From: an uncultured virus (IMG/VR IMGVR_UViG_3300031974_001636)
Taxonomy: Duplodnaviria; Heunggongvirae; Uroviricota; Caudoviricetes; Kyanoviridae
Virus record (IMG/VR): IMGVR_UViG_3300031974_001636
Length of the DNA: 64,000 nt
Strand: one strand, 5' to 3'
Shown here in pieces: positions 11,046 through 23,500 of this stretch. How positions within the stretch are numbered: position 1 is the first letter of the stretch; every line of letters starts with the position of its first letter. The translations under genes were made by a program, and so were the position numbers. The notes beneath the pieces are model-generated. The model did no database searches. It was not told the DNA's origin and worked only from the letters and a program-made list of their open reading frames with translations.

Positions 11046-14000
11046 TTATTCGTCGCGGATCAAGGTGTCATACTCAATGCTTTGAATTCTCCACGATGCT
11101 CCACCCGCACCACTGACTTTTTCACCACCAAGAATAACTTCAGCAACTGCACCATTACCAGTAGTGTCTCCACTAGCATTTGTAAAGGTGACGGTCGGGT
11201 GAAGAGTACCAGCGGTGATTGTCTTCTCATATCCATATCCACCACTAGTTACGGTGATAGATGAAACTTGGTCACCATCTCCAGTCATCGTCACGGTGCC
11301 AGTCGCCTGAAGTTCTCCACTATTCTCAACAACAATTGTTGGAATTCCAGTATAGTCAAGACCAGGATCAATTACACGAATCTGTACTACTGTGGATTTC
11401 TCAGAGAACTGATAGAAATATCCGTTGATACCAAGGTTGACGTTATTTGTAAAGTATGGTTGTGGGTTAATTACAGTCAGAGTTCTATTTGCTAGATCCC
11501 AGGATTCAACTGTTGCCTGAATACCAGAGTTTTGACCAGTTACGGTCTCACCAACAACAAAATTAGTTGCGTTGTTATCCGAATTCAAAAACTTCAGTTT
11601 GATTCTAGAAGTATGTTCAACGCCATCGCCCAAAGCACCTGCAGATTCAATAGTTGCAAACTTAAATGGAATGGATGCATCCTTGACTTGATCACCGATA
11701 GAGAACAGAGTAGTATTCTGTCCACCTTGAGTCTCTTCAATACCATATTTAGATGAAGGAATTCCACCATCAAGATTGATCTGATTTTCAAAATCAGTTC
11801 CAGTATTTACGACATCTGGAATTCCATCGCCTGCGCCGTCTAACTCATCATTATCTTCAAATGCTTTATCAGTCAAAATCAACTGATAAACTACAATATT
11901 ATTGCCGATAGAATCAATAATAACATGTGGCAATTGAAGTGCGTTTGAAGATGACTGAGTTCCAGCGTCAAATGCAACCGTTCTATCCGCAGTAGAGGGA
12001 ATACCAGCATCAATGAAAGCAAGTTCGTCAATCTCAAAGATTACAAACAGTTCTCTAGTATTGGGATTCCAATCATATACTTTTGCAATTTTGTTGGTTG
12101 CATTTTCAATTCTACGAACAAGTCTGTCTCCTACATTGAATTCGTAAGTAGACACACCGTTAACGTTCTGGATGCCGTCAACAATAACACGCTGGTCATA
12201 TCTAAAGTTGGTTCCACGAGTACACCCTAAGAACTTTTTCGCGTTCTTACTGGTATATTCAATAATCTCTCTCCCCAGAATAAACGTACCAGAACCAGGG
12301 AATGCATCAGTTGACTGTACAACTACTTCATCTTCACTGGTGTTGAGAGACTTCTCAAGTGCAGTGACGTAAAAAGACGCTGAGTTAAATGACTGACGAT
12401 TTCTAACTTTCCTCTTTACATTTACCAGTTTTGTAAAGATGATATTTGGTGGAGAAGTATATCCTCTACCAGGATCAGTAACATCAATACCAACAACTTC
12501 ACCTTGAGAAATTCTAGCAGTTGCCTTTGCACCAACACCGCCGCCACCAGTAATCAAAATATATGGTGGTTCCTGATAGAATCTACCAGGATTTGCAATA
12601 GAAATATCGGTGACGACGCCAGCGGTATCAATGTTAGCAACACCTTCGGCACCTTGTCCACCACCACCTTGGAAGAATAGTGTGGGTGGAGTAATGTAAG
12701 ATCTACCAGGAGCAACCAGGGACAAACCACTGATTGACTGTGTTACTGGAACTGCCGTTGCACCACTTCCCTCACCACCAAGAATATCTGCTCTGGCAGT
12801 TCCGAAATAACCGTCACCACCAGCAATCATCTTAACGTACTCAACCTCTCCAGGATTGGATTCGCTAAGAATTACTTCTGCTCTAGCACCTTGAGGAACC
12901 TCAAGATTTGCTGCAGGGGGTTGATCACCGTATCTAACTACCGAACTATAATAATATTCTCCGATACAATACGGATATTCTGGATCTCCAGATGCATCAA
13001 TCGTTAGGAAGTATGCATAAGTTCCATTGGGATACTCTGGAGTTACACAATACCTACCGTTGTATTCGTCAAGATCGCCAATATTGGGATCATGGATATA
13101 ATCTTCAATGAAAGTTCCTGCAGTATGTCCAAGGTTGTTGGTCTTATTTCCCATTAACGGGTGATAGTAGCAAAAATAACTAAAGTTTGCAGGTGAAAAA
13201 TCAGGAATTACAATTTGCAGAGAACGGGTGGATGCTGCTCCAAATCCAGTAATGTAATCTGCATATGATACTGCACTTCCATTTAGGAAATATGTTACTC
13301 CTCTTTCATATAGATCGTCTTTGTCCTGTGGAGTTCTGCCAGTAGCGTGCCACGCTTGTCCAGCACTATCTCCGAGTACATCGCTGAGTAAAATGGGATG
13401 CTGTTGATTGGAAGTATCATCTTGATTGAATGTGATCGTGTCTCCACGATTCAGCAGAATTACAGGAGCAACTGCGTTTGTAAATGAACCGCCATTAACA
13501 ATATATTTGTTGACTCCATTTACTTCCTGCACAGTAATTGTGTAGGTTATAGACGCTGGTGTATTGATCGTAGCACGATTACCGTCAACCTCAACACCAG
13601 TTCTTAACCGATATCCAGTCTCAATTCTCTTTACTGCAGACTGGTCATCAAGAGCAGTTGTGTAACCATAAGGACCGTAGATTGGATATCCATCATAAGA
13701 TATTCCAAGGACTTTACTGTGACCATTAGTATGACGAGACTTATCTCCATTAAAATTGGAAGAGGAGAAGTAAGATTTAATATTAAAAAGACCCTGAGAA
13801 AAAGAATCAATTATCTCAGAATCTTGAAATACATAAAGATTTTCATTAGTTGGATACCCATGATAGGCATCATGATCATAAAAATTAGTTTTTACAGCAT
13901 TGTAATGGAATCCAACTGGAGGAACACCATCGGTGCCAGCATCGGGTGAAAACAGAGGAGAACCATTGGCTAAAATACCAACTTGTTCTGACCTACGATC

Positions 14001-14504
14001 ATCATTATTTAATTTAGGAATATCTTTACCACCACGGTATACAATCGTATGATTGTAACTTGAGGCGTAAATGTTGTTATTGTTAAATGCACTGGGGAAT
14101 GAACCAGTTATAGCAGGGTCAGGAATATTATTAGTTCTCAGGATCAAGCGATCCCCATCAAATGCACCAGTTGTAATAGAAACTGCCACACTAGTAAGAA
14201 TGGTTCTTACATCAAAAGTATTGATGACTTTATTGTCATCCTGATTTGCTGTAATGTTGATTCTTAGAGGGTCATATCCCTTCCCAGAGACCAAGACTCT
14301 GACGTGAGTAATCTTACCACTCTCAATGATTGGGTATAAGAGTGCAGGTATTTCGGGTGTGCCGCAGTTGTCTACCTCTAGTTGAGGGGGATCTGCAGGA
14401 TCGTATCCAGAGCCATTTTCCAAAACGACAACACTAGATACACCAAACTCCTTATTGAACAGGGGTTTGATTACTGCTCCGCTTCCAGGTACTGTCCTTG
14501 CCAT
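11046..14504 (-). CDS. Virion structural protein with a YHYH-like domain, an inserted cupredoxin-like domain and Gly-rich beta repeats
   Basis: 1152 aa; HSKVLGISYDGYPIYGPYGY...DLDEYNGRYCVTPEYPNGTYAYF; QQHP...YFCYYHPLMG; PGRxYxxPPxI repeats. Confidence 0.8.
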   Translation of the reverse strand: MARTVPGSGAVIKPLFNKEFGVSSVVVLENGSGYDPADPPQLEVDNCGTPEIPALLYPIIESGKITHVRVLVSGKGYDPLRINITANQDDNKVINTFDVRTILTSVAVSITTGAFDGDRLILRTNNIPDPAITGSFPSAFNNNNIYASSYNHTIVYRGGKDIPKLNNDDRRSEQVGILANGSPLFSPDAGTDGVPPVGFHYNAVKTNFYDHDAYHGYPTNENLYVFQDSEIIDSFSQGLFNIKSYFSSSNFNGDKSRHTNGHSKVLGISYDGYPIYGPYGYTTALDDQSAVKRIETGYRLRTGVEVDGNRATINTPASITYTITVQEVNGVNKYIVNGGSFTNAVAPVILLNRGDTITFNQDDTSNQQHPILLSDVLGDSAGQAWHATGRTPQDKDDLYERGVTYFLNGSAVSYADYITGFGAASTRSLQIVIPDFSPANFSYFCYYHPLMGNKTNNLGHTAGTFIEDYIHDPNIGDLDEYNGRYCVTPEYPNGTYAYFLTIDASGDPEYPYCIGEYYYSSVVRYGDQPPAANLEVPQGARAEVILSESNPGEVEYVKMIAGGDGYFGTARADILGGEGSGATAVPVTQSISGLSLVAPGRSYITPPTLFFQGGGGQGAEGVANIDTAGVVTDISIANPGRFYQEPPYILITGGGGVGAKATARISQGEVVGIDVTDPGRGYTSPPNIIFTKLVNVKRKVRNRQSFNSASFYVTALEKSLNTSEDEVVVQSTDAFPGSGTFILGREIIEYTSKNAKKFLGCTRGTNFRYDQRVIVDGIQNVNGVSTYEFNVGDRLVRRIENATNKIAKVYDWNPNTRELFVIFEIDELAFIDAGIPSTADRTVAFDAGTQSSSNALQLPHVIIDSIGNNIVVYQLILTDKAFEDNDELDGAGDGIPDVVNTGTDFENQINLDGGIPSSKYGIEETQGGQNTTLFSIGDQVKDASIPFKFATIESAGALGDGVEHTSRIKLKFLNSDNNATNFVVGETVTGQNSGIQATVESWDLANRTLTVINPQPYFTNNVNLGINGYFYQFSEKSTVVQIRVIDPGLDYTGIPTIVVENSGELQATGTVTMTGDGDQVSSITVTSGGYGYEKTITAGTLHPTVTFTNASGDTTGNGAVAEVILGGEKVSGAGGASWRIQSIEYDTLIRDE

Positions 14505-14510
14505 TTATTA

Positions 14511-15692
14511 TTACGATACGATTACGATCTGATTGCCCATTGCACCGTGAACAGTGCATTGATAATAAAGAGTAGCAGGTGCATCCATGGGAACTACGAA
14601 AGTAGTTCTTCCTGCCCCATCATTCGTGACGCCAGCGGTATAGGCAGAACCACCAGAAGACTGACGAATTTCAAATGGGTGGACGGTGTATAGTGCAGAA
14701 TTATTAAAGATGTAAGTATGACCCCTATGCAGATACAGAGGAGGATCATTGATAGCACCACTGAAACCAGGACCACTGAAAGTATAGTGAGAGTTAGTTC
14801 CATCCGTACCAAGAGTCCATTTCATTGCAGGGGAACTAACGGGAACCCAGTTGTTCCCATCATAATAAAGAGTATCACCCTCAGCAGGAGTTCCAGTAAA
14901 TGAAAATCCTCCACCACCAGTGTAGGCAATGGTAAGAGTATCCCCACTAATCGTGGTTGAGATGTCAGTTCCACCAGTAACTGTCAAGGTGTCAGTAGCA
15001 CCCAGAGCAGTAGTAGAACCAGCGTCAGCGTTGAAAGTAGCGAAGATATTACCACCACCAGCACCACCACCAGTGCCAGGTTCAAAGCGACCGTTGACAG
15101 CATTCCAGGTGGGAACTTGACCGTCAGTGTAGTTTGTATCTAGGACATTTGAAAGATCTTGGATCCTGCCAGTTTCAGTGTCAATCAGATTGACCCAGGC
15201 AGTTCCGTTTGAGTAGTATGCTTTACTTACATCGGCAACATAGGCAAACATGCCAACGTAGGTGCCGAATACTGGGAGATCAGATGCACTCGTATAGGGT
15301 GCATTCCACTTGAAAAATCCGTCAACACCATCAATGATTGTATCGGTGCCGTTAGATCCATTTCTAAAAATGATATCTCCAGTACCATCAGACTGAAGAA
15401 GAATATTACCATTACTAGAGGAAACGATGTTAAATCCGTTAACGTTGAGGTTTTCCTCTAGGATGTTTTTATTTGATGGTCTGGCAGGAGTGAAAGCACT
15501 TCCATTCCAGGTCAGTGCATCGCCTACGTTTGGAGATGCGGTACTAACTAGAAGATTTTGAGCGCCAGCAGTTCCGCCGAGGGCATCATACAACTCGGTG
15601 AAGTTTGCATTGACTTTGGTGCCACCCGCTCGGAGGGAGTCACCCGTTCCGTCGTTGGCAGCATTACCTAGTTGCAGAATTTCTTTTGCCAT
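14511..15692 (-). CDS. Baseplate/fibre protein with a gp9/gp10-like N-terminus and a C-terminal cupredoxin-like domain
   Basis: MAKEILQLGNAANDGTGDSLRAGGTKVNANFTELY matches the T4 gp9/10 N-terminal motif; C-terminus VHPFEI...YYQCTVHGAMG. Confidence 0.8.
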   Translation of the reverse strand: MAKEILQLGNAANDGTGDSLRAGGTKVNANFTELYDALGGTAGAQNLLVSTASPNVGDALTWNGSAFTPARPSNKNILEENLNVNGFNIVSSSNGNILLQSDGTGDIIFRNGSNGTDTIIDGVDGFFKWNAPYTSASDLPVFGTYVGMFAYVADVSKAYYSNGTAWVNLIDTETGRIQDLSNVLDTNYTDGQVPTWNAVNGRFEPGTGGGAGGGNIFATFNADAGSTTALGATDTLTVTGGTDISTTISGDTLTIAYTGGGGFSFTGTPAEGDTLYYDGNNWVPVSSPAMKWTLGTDGTNSHYTFSGPGFSGAINDPPLYLHRGHTYIFNNSALYTVHPFEIRQSSGGSAYTAGVTNDGAGRTTFVVPMDAPATLYYQCTVHGAMGNQIVIVS

Positions 15693-15710
15693 TAGACCAA
15701 GGTTTTTAGT

Positions 15711-15718
15711 TATTTATT
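15711..15718 (-). promoter_or_regulatory. Late promoter variant AATAAATA
   Basis: 7/8 match in the intergenic gap. Confidence 0.55.
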
Positions 15719-15728
15719 AGAGTTAAAA

Positions 15729-17495
15729 TCAACCTGCGCTGAGACCACCACTCTCAATGTACTGACGTATCAAAACGTTCAGACCTTCGTTGGTATCATG
15801 TCCAGCATCACTTCTAGCATGAACGACAGCATTAGCAAGATATTTGTAGAGATACACGTTTGAATAATCATCCATGTACTCTCCCTGCAATTCTCCTAGT
15901 TGATTCCCAGTGTATCCCTGAGATTTTGCTAGTGCCCAGGCAGAGAACTGAGCGGAATAAAATACGGTATTTGGAACACCATCACTACTACCCCCATTAT
16001 AAGGAATAACAGAATCGTTAGTATTTTGTACCAACAAACACTTTCTACCAGTAGGAGGAGTAAATTCTACGTTATAACCTGAATTTTCATTAGCAGATCC
16101 TGTTAGTTCATGATCTGCAGGTCTATAGAAAGCACCATCACGATACTGTTGATTATGTAGACTAGACACCACACAAACAACGGTTTCCAGACCAGCATCA
16201 GGAAGTTCTAACAGTGCTCTCAGTGCTAGAGCACCTCCGTTGGAAACCCCCAAGATTCGGAATTTGTCTGGAGCAACATTACTATATTGTCTGAGATTGC
16301 GAATCAACTGAGTAAGATACTCAATATCGGGTGCCTTGCTCTCATCAATGATGTTCCACCTACTTAGATATCCAGTAGGAGCAACCAGAATCTCCCCAGG
16401 AAGTCTATCTCTCCAAACACTTATCGCACCATTACCATTGCCACCAGATCCATGGAGTAGGATAGTGACGGGAAGTCTGGCTGGAAGTGCTGGAGAACCA
16501 GGAGGCGGGGGTGCTGGCATACTTACAACAGAGTCATAATTAAATGTCGCTTGACTCCACTGCTTAGTGATTCTCAGAATGTCTTCAGCACTAAGAGGAC
16601 CAGTAGGACCACTGTAATCATCACCTTCAAAATCTTCAGGGGGCCATTGACGTTGTTCCTTGGTAAATGGACCGAAGATGTAAGGATATACAGGTTCGTT
16701 TTCCTCGTCAAGAGTGATGAAGTATGCAAATGTGCCGTTAGGATACTCTGGAGTTACACAATATCTACCATTATATTCATCCAGGTCACCAAGACCGTTC
16801 ACATATTCATAGTCTTGTACAAAACTGCCAGCAGTATATTGAGCATAGCTGTAAGTTCTACCATCACGAGGAGTTGTAAGTAGTCTATATGAGGATCTAA
16901 TACGTTTGGTTCCACTAGTATTATCTTCACCCACACTATATCCAAATGGACCATAGATGGGATATCCGTCAAAGCAGAATCCTATAATTTTTGAGTGACC
17001 GTCAGGATGTCTAAAATAGTTCCCCTCAAAATTAGAGGAACTAAAATATTCATTTGACTGGACCAAAGAATTGCCCCAGCAGTTTACCAAAAAGGAACCA
17101 GAGTGATAATGATATTCACCACTCTGCTCAGCGTGTCCACCACATGCATCTACACCGTAAACAGACTCATTAAAAACTGCATTCCAATTGAATCCATTTG
17201 CAGGTGCAACAGTCTGACCTGGCAGAGGACCAGGACCAGCGGAAGGATTGAATAATACAACTCCATTTAGAGCAATACCCTGAGCACCGAGAGTCGTTGC
17301 CTGAGGATTAGAAGTATTAGTTCCTCCCCTCAGAGTAAATACGAACTCTCCGTCCTGAGCAGATACCGTATTTGGATTATTGGGAAAATTCCCAGAACCC
17401 AACGGATCTCCAAAAAGAGCTGGTTCGGGACGCTGATCGGTAGTAACCGTCAGCACCCCATCTTCCAATACTGCTGTTGTATTTGACTGTGGCAT
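15729..17495 (-). CDS. YHYH domain fused to an alpha/beta-hydrolase (esterase)
   Basis: DACGGH...EYHYH and DGYPIYGP; then LLHGSGG, GVSNGG nucleophile elbow, TNDSVIP and AGHD. Confidence 0.8.
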   Translation of the reverse strand: MPQSNTTAVLEDGVLTVTTDQRPEPALFGDPLGSGNFPNNPNTVSAQDGEFVFTLRGGTNTSNPQATTLGAQGIALNGVVLFNPSAGPGPLPGQTVAPANGFNWNAVFNESVYGVDACGGHAEQSGEYHYHSGSFLVNCWGNSLVQSNEYFSSSNFEGNYFRHPDGHSKIIGFCFDGYPIYGPFGYSVGEDNTSGTKRIRSSYRLLTTPRDGRTYSYAQYTAGSFVQDYEYVNGLGDLDEYNGRYCVTPEYPNGTFAYFITLDEENEPVYPYIFGPFTKEQRQWPPEDFEGDDYSGPTGPLSAEDILRITKQWSQATFNYDSVVSMPAPPPPGSPALPARLPVTILLHGSGGNGNGAISVWRDRLPGEILVAPTGYLSRWNIIDESKAPDIEYLTQLIRNLRQYSNVAPDKFRILGVSNGGALALRALLELPDAGLETVVCVVSSLHNQQYRDGAFYRPADHELTGSANENSGYNVEFTPPTGRKCLLVQNTNDSVIPYNGGSSDGVPNTVFYSAQFSAWALAKSQGYTGNQLGELQGEYMDDYSNVYLYKYLANAVVHARSDAGHDTNEGLNVLIRQYIESGGLSAG

Positions 17496-17519
17496 CTTTA
17501 CTGTATACCTTTCTAATAT

Positions 17520-20500
17520 TTAGGAACCACTCGTCCAGATGTTAGACGCATTGTAAGTTCCACTCGTGGAGAAGTCTGTGAGTTCTGTGGGAGTCTCAGT
17601 TGGATCTGAAGGACCCTGACCAGGAATGTCTCCACTGTTGAAGTCAACCAGATTCTCAGGCGTTACACTGATCAGATCTTCATCAACAACCTCTACGGCG
17701 TACAGAGCTTCCTGACCATAATCTGCGAGATTCGGTGCGGTATAATCATCAGCAACGACCGTGAGAACATCAATTTCGGGGTAAGCATAACCAGAACCAG
17801 GGTTGGTGGTATCTACACGCGAGACGCCAACCAGCGCCTTGACGTTAGCATCAAGACCCGAGGAAGAGTCAACACGAACAATCGGGCGACCAGTGTATCC
17901 AGAACCAGGATTGGTGACCTGTACCGAGTCAACTCTACCTTTCAGCAAGTTTGCAGTTGCTTCAGCATCGCGTCCAAATACGGAACCGATATATTCAAAC
18001 GTAACCAGAGTGTTTGCAGATTCAATAACAGCGACTTCTCTGTCTACCGTCTCACCTTGGATGTCAAGGAGGTCTCCTGCCTCAATCGGAGGTACGACAA
18101 CCGATCTCGTAACGTCAGCGTCAGAACCGATGTATGCGAAACCAACAAACGTTGATCCAACACGAGGAACTTCCTTGAAGACGACACGAGAACCAACCAG
18201 TTCAAAACCAATTCCAGGTTCCTGAATAACGCCGTTGAGCGAGATGATGATGTTATTATCTGCAATGATGGACTCGGTAGACTGAACACCTTCCGTGAGC
18301 GCGAGCGAATAGAATGTGCCAGAACGCTTGAGGTTGAAGGACGAACGCAAGGAGTCAAACTCAAAGCTGATATCATCCAACTGACGCATCTTACCAAGAT
18401 AGAAACCAGTGAAGGAAGAACCAAGAGTAGGAGCTTCGTTGAACTGGATAACATCCGAGAAGGCACTGTAGGAACCGCCTGCGCCAGGAGGTTGCAGAAT
18501 ACCATTGACAAAGATCATCATATGACCTTCGGGATCGGGGAAGTACGGCGTGCCGTTTTGTTCGGTAAGTTTGAAGGAAGTTTGTACTCCATCAAAACCA
18601 ACGAACCAGCGATTAGTTCTACCAACAACATCTACTTTGTCATAAGATGCTGCCTTGAATCCAGCGTCAGAAATAACAGTGTCATTGCCCGTAAAGGTGC
18701 CAACAACATCACCCAGGTAAACTCTCTTAGAAAGACCCAGAGCATCAATACGGGTGACCGTACCATACGCAGTGGTAGTGCTAGTAATTGTAGTGGATAC
18801 CGTAGCGTAGATGGTGGGTTGAGACGTGTTGCCGACAGGGTACTGTGCAACGAACTGACCGTTCTGGAATACAGAATTACCAATCGGAGAGACGTACAGG
18901 TAGTTGTTGACATCATCCCATCCAGTCACATAACCATATGCACCTTCAAAAATCTGAGAGAGGTTATTGTTTGCCTGGTAAACAAGTTGCCCAACAGCAA
19001 ACTCTTGACCTGCATATTGAGATCCTATAGAGACGCCCAAGCGAGTATAACCAGTTGCAACAACCTTGTCACCAACATCCAGAGATACTGGAATCAACGG
19101 GTGCGTAATCATATCCAGGAAGACTCTAGTCTGGAACGGATAGATGACAGAAGAAGTTTCAAAAGATCCACTGATGCTTTCGGTATCAATGGTCAGTTTA
19201 CCACCAAGGTTATTTGTAACTGCACCAGAGTTCTCAATGAAGGCAGAGGTGATTGCAGTTTCCCCAGAGGTATATCCTTTGAAGGAATATCCATTAGTAA
19301 ATCCAACTGTGTTCTGGAGGTCAATAACTTGCAGTCTGTCAGTAATCTCCTGAATACCTGCATTAGTAAGAGTCTGAACTTCCAGGGTGATGTTAGCACC
19401 ACCACCGTTGCCCAGGTTTACATCCTGCAGGGTAAGAATGTCACCGATGGTATATCCAGCACCGCCCGTAGCGATAGTTACGTTTGCTGCGCCAGTGTCA
19501 TCAACCGATACATCAAACGTCGCTTGCGGGTTGCCAGTTCCACCAGTTGCCGTGACAGTGTAAGAACCTTGGACTCTGTTGGGGTCAGCACCAGCATTGG
19601 TGAGGTTAGTGAAGGAACCTACCAAGTTGATACCACCTTGGATCAGAGTGCCATTAAGAGCGCCCGTGACAGAATCGTTAATTGCAAAACTACCAGCGGT
19701 AATGATAACATCCATATAGCGGAAGTTTTCATCCTCATGGAATCCATAGATGGTTCCAGTGTTTGCTGCATTTCCAGTAGTCTGAATAGACTCGCCAAGT
19801 TTGAAGTCATTAGATGCAGTGCCGAGAACGACTTGATCTGCATCAAACTTAAATCTCTGATAGATCTTAGCAATAGTTGCTTCACTAAAGGTAACTTTTT
19901 CAACCTCACCATAGGAATCCGAAGACAGACCGTAGAAGAAGTCGGACCCTACCAGTTCCTTACTGACAGGAACAGGAATATTTCTAGATCCACCCGCAAC
20001 ATAAGTCTGAGTAGGAATTGTAATGCCAACTACAGTATCAAGATCAACGTAATAGTTGGTATCTTTTAGTTGCTCTCTATACAGATTAAATGTATTGGTG
20101 AGTCTGAGCATAACCTCAGCAACATCATAACGATCATTCAGTTGAGGATCATAGTAAGGAACTGCACCAGACTCAGGAGCAGGATTGACATGAGTGCCAC
20201 TGAGTTGTGCCTCAATGAAGTCCTCAGCTCTATCAATAATAAACTTCTTAATGTTATATTCATCGGAAACATAGAATTGTTCGCCGCTGTTGGCAGTGTA
20301 AATTCCAAGTCCACCCTTATTGAGTTCGGCACCCCAGATGTAGGAACCATTGGTGCCATTACCTTCAGAACCAGAACCCGAAAGAGTACCAGTGTTATTC
20401 AGCATGTATTCCTTGATCTGAAGTTGCGAGATGCCGAAGGGAACCCGAACCGTGATGAAAGGACGGAACCAACCGAAACCATAGGGTTTGACACCCCAAG

Positions 20501-23500
20501 AGATGCCCTTCTTAGCTTCAGACTCAGCAAAAGTGCTGCTAGAAGTGAGTCCATCACCAACAACAACGTTGCCAGAGATAAACAGCGAAGGACCAACAGC
20601 ACCAGTTACAGCGTCCCAAGTGAATTCTGCCTTATCAGTAGCACTCCAGGCAATGCTGTGACGGAACTTGTAGTATTCACCCTGCTTAACAAAACAGGAC
20701 CAAGTGTACTCTTGGAAGGAATTGGAGTCTCCCTCGTCAAAGGTGTTGGTAGTATCGTCAAAGGTGATAGTGCTATCATCAAAGGTGTCATAGGAAGGAA
20801 GTGTATAAGTTCTTTCTACAACTTTGAAAGAAGTATTATTACCAGGAATATACTTGTCTGCAGTCAGAGTACCATCAGGACCCGTAGTCGCATCGGCAGT
20901 AATAGTACCACCAGTGATAGTCCATCCACCTGCACCAAACTGCTCTCTTTCGGTAGATGGGAAGATGTTGACATTGGCAAGTTCTCCAGTAACAGGAGAA
21001 GGCAGCAAACGCAGACTGTCAATAGTAGCAACGTTACTAAATCCAGTTGCGCGAACAGGTCCCTGAATAGCAGTTGCAGTTGCAGAGATGAAGCGATGGG
21101 TGTATGCACCACCAGTAATAACGGCATTAGCAGAGGCACTTACAAAAGTGTGTGCAGTTGCATTATCATATCCACCAACATTCATTGTAATGGTGCCATC
21201 TTGATGCTGTAGAGCATTAGTGAGAGCATAAACAAATTGGTGAGTAGAAGTATCGGTAGAAGTACCAACGTTAATTTCAAACTGATCGCCATTAACATTG
21301 CTAACAGTCAACCATTGCTGACTTGCAGGATCGGAAGGTCTGGGGTATGCATGTTCAGTTTCATTATTATCCAAGGAACAAGTGAATACCAGACTCTCAT
21401 CCAGAAGACGAATCTTATCACCAGCACCGAACGGGTTGCCAATAACAGTCAACACCGCTACACCAGTGGTGGGATCATAAGTGGCGTTATCAACATCGTA
21501 ATTGGTATAACCGACTTCGGTAACAATGATATTGGTTCCAGCGAAAGGATCAGTTCCAGGGCGAGGATAGGTGTGCGTAGATCCGTTGCTATCCTGAGCG
21601 CAAGTAAAGGTGAAGGAGTTATCAGCAAGTTGAATGCCAGTTCCCTCAGTGATGTCATGGGCACCAATTGTAATTACAAATTCGCCAGTAGTTCCATCGT
21701 AAGTTGCATTTGTAGGAGTGTAATAGACAAAGGGAGATGCACCAACGTTAACAGTAATAGTATCAGTGGTGACCGAAGTGATCGCAAGATCTTGTCTATA
21801 TGCAGGTTCGTGGGGACGAGGATGGGTCAGGTAGGTGTTGTAATTGTCAGAAGAACAGGTGAACGTGAACGAATTGTCGGAGAGTCTAATAGTATCACTA
21901 GTAGTCAGTCCATGATTCTTGATCGTAATGACAAAATTACCAGTTGCAGGGTCATAAGTTGCAGTTTCAACTTGGTATGGAGCAGAAACTACATCAGGAG
22001 TAGTGATGCTATCATAAAGGGCATCAGCAATTACCTGATCCAGGAAGTAGTCCTTCTGGAACTCAACAAACTCCCAATTGATACCAACAGGATCAACGTC
22101 ATCAGAAGTAATTAGATTTCGGTTTTCAATAGGATCTGCCTCAAGGACAGTTGCATCATCAACAATACCCGAGGTGTGAACAGGAGGTTCGCTACCTGCC
22201 TTGTAGACAATAGTTCCACCTGCACCAGGCAGTGCGGGACCCAGAGCACTTTCAGCAAGATAGACATTGCCATTATATTGAATGTATGATCCAAGTTGAT
22301 AGTTAGTACCCGAACTCCAAGTTAGAGCAGGATCCTTCCACACATCACCCCAGTCACCGATTACGATTTGCTTCAGCTCAGAATCCAGATATTCTCTACC
22401 AAATCTGATTTGCTGATCAGCAGAACGAGCCTGAATGCCACCAGGAGCAAGAGTCTCAATAAGAGTCTCAATGAGAGTATCAATTGCTTCTCTTACATTG
22501 ACACAATCTCTAGTGCCGTAGCTGCCAACATCACCATCATCTCCACTATCAGTGATAGTGTCGTCAGTATATGCATTTCTCAGAGTAAATCTTGGAACGT
22601 AGTATTCGGGACCATTCTGACCATCTCCAACATTTTGAAGCAGGTTGTTGATCGCCTTCTTAGCGAGGAATCCAACGTTCTTAATTGCCTCTACAGTAGG
22701 AGCAATTTGATCCTCAACAAATTTGACTTGATTCGTTGCACTAAGATATGCTTTAGCAGCTTCAACAGTGCTGTAATTACCACCAACCAAAAGGTCAGAG
22801 ATGAGAGACTTGATAATTTCAGTCATGTCTCTGACACACTTTGCCTTACCATCAATATCACCACCAACATAGTTGAAGGTCTTGATTGTAATACCACCAG
22901 CATTCACATAACTAAACTCTTCCTGCATCAAACCAACTGCTTCTTCAGCAATATAGTCCTTGTTAAAGATCAGCAGGTTTCCAGCATCACGGAATCTATC
23001 TCCAGTAGGAGCAAGACTCTCATTGATAAGATCAACCAGGGTATCAATGGCATCCTTGACATTCTGACATCCACCAGGATCATTGGTGATACCTGCAGGA
23101 GGAATTACAACACGATCCGAATATTGAGTGACCAAAGTACCATCAATTGCCGCCTTAGCATAGAAGGCAAGACGCTCATGAGCATAGAGAGACTGCAGAA
23201 GTTGCAGGCGGATGTGCTGAATTTCACCATTGGGACCGATGTAGAACTTGAATCCAGTAACAACATTGCCAGTTCCGCCATGCTCAATGTCGGAGGCAAT
23301 GGTATCAAGGATCAAAGTCAAGTCAGTCTTACAACGCAAGGTGCCAAGAGTAGAAGCGCCATCAGCGTTTCTAGGCATATCCTGGTTGAGGAAAGGATAG
23401 AGAGCAAGCATATCGCCTGCTGCTTCATCAACAATAATACCAGCGTTAGCACGGATCAGAGTTGCAGCATCTTTGAATCTGTTCTGAGTGTCTGGCCAAA

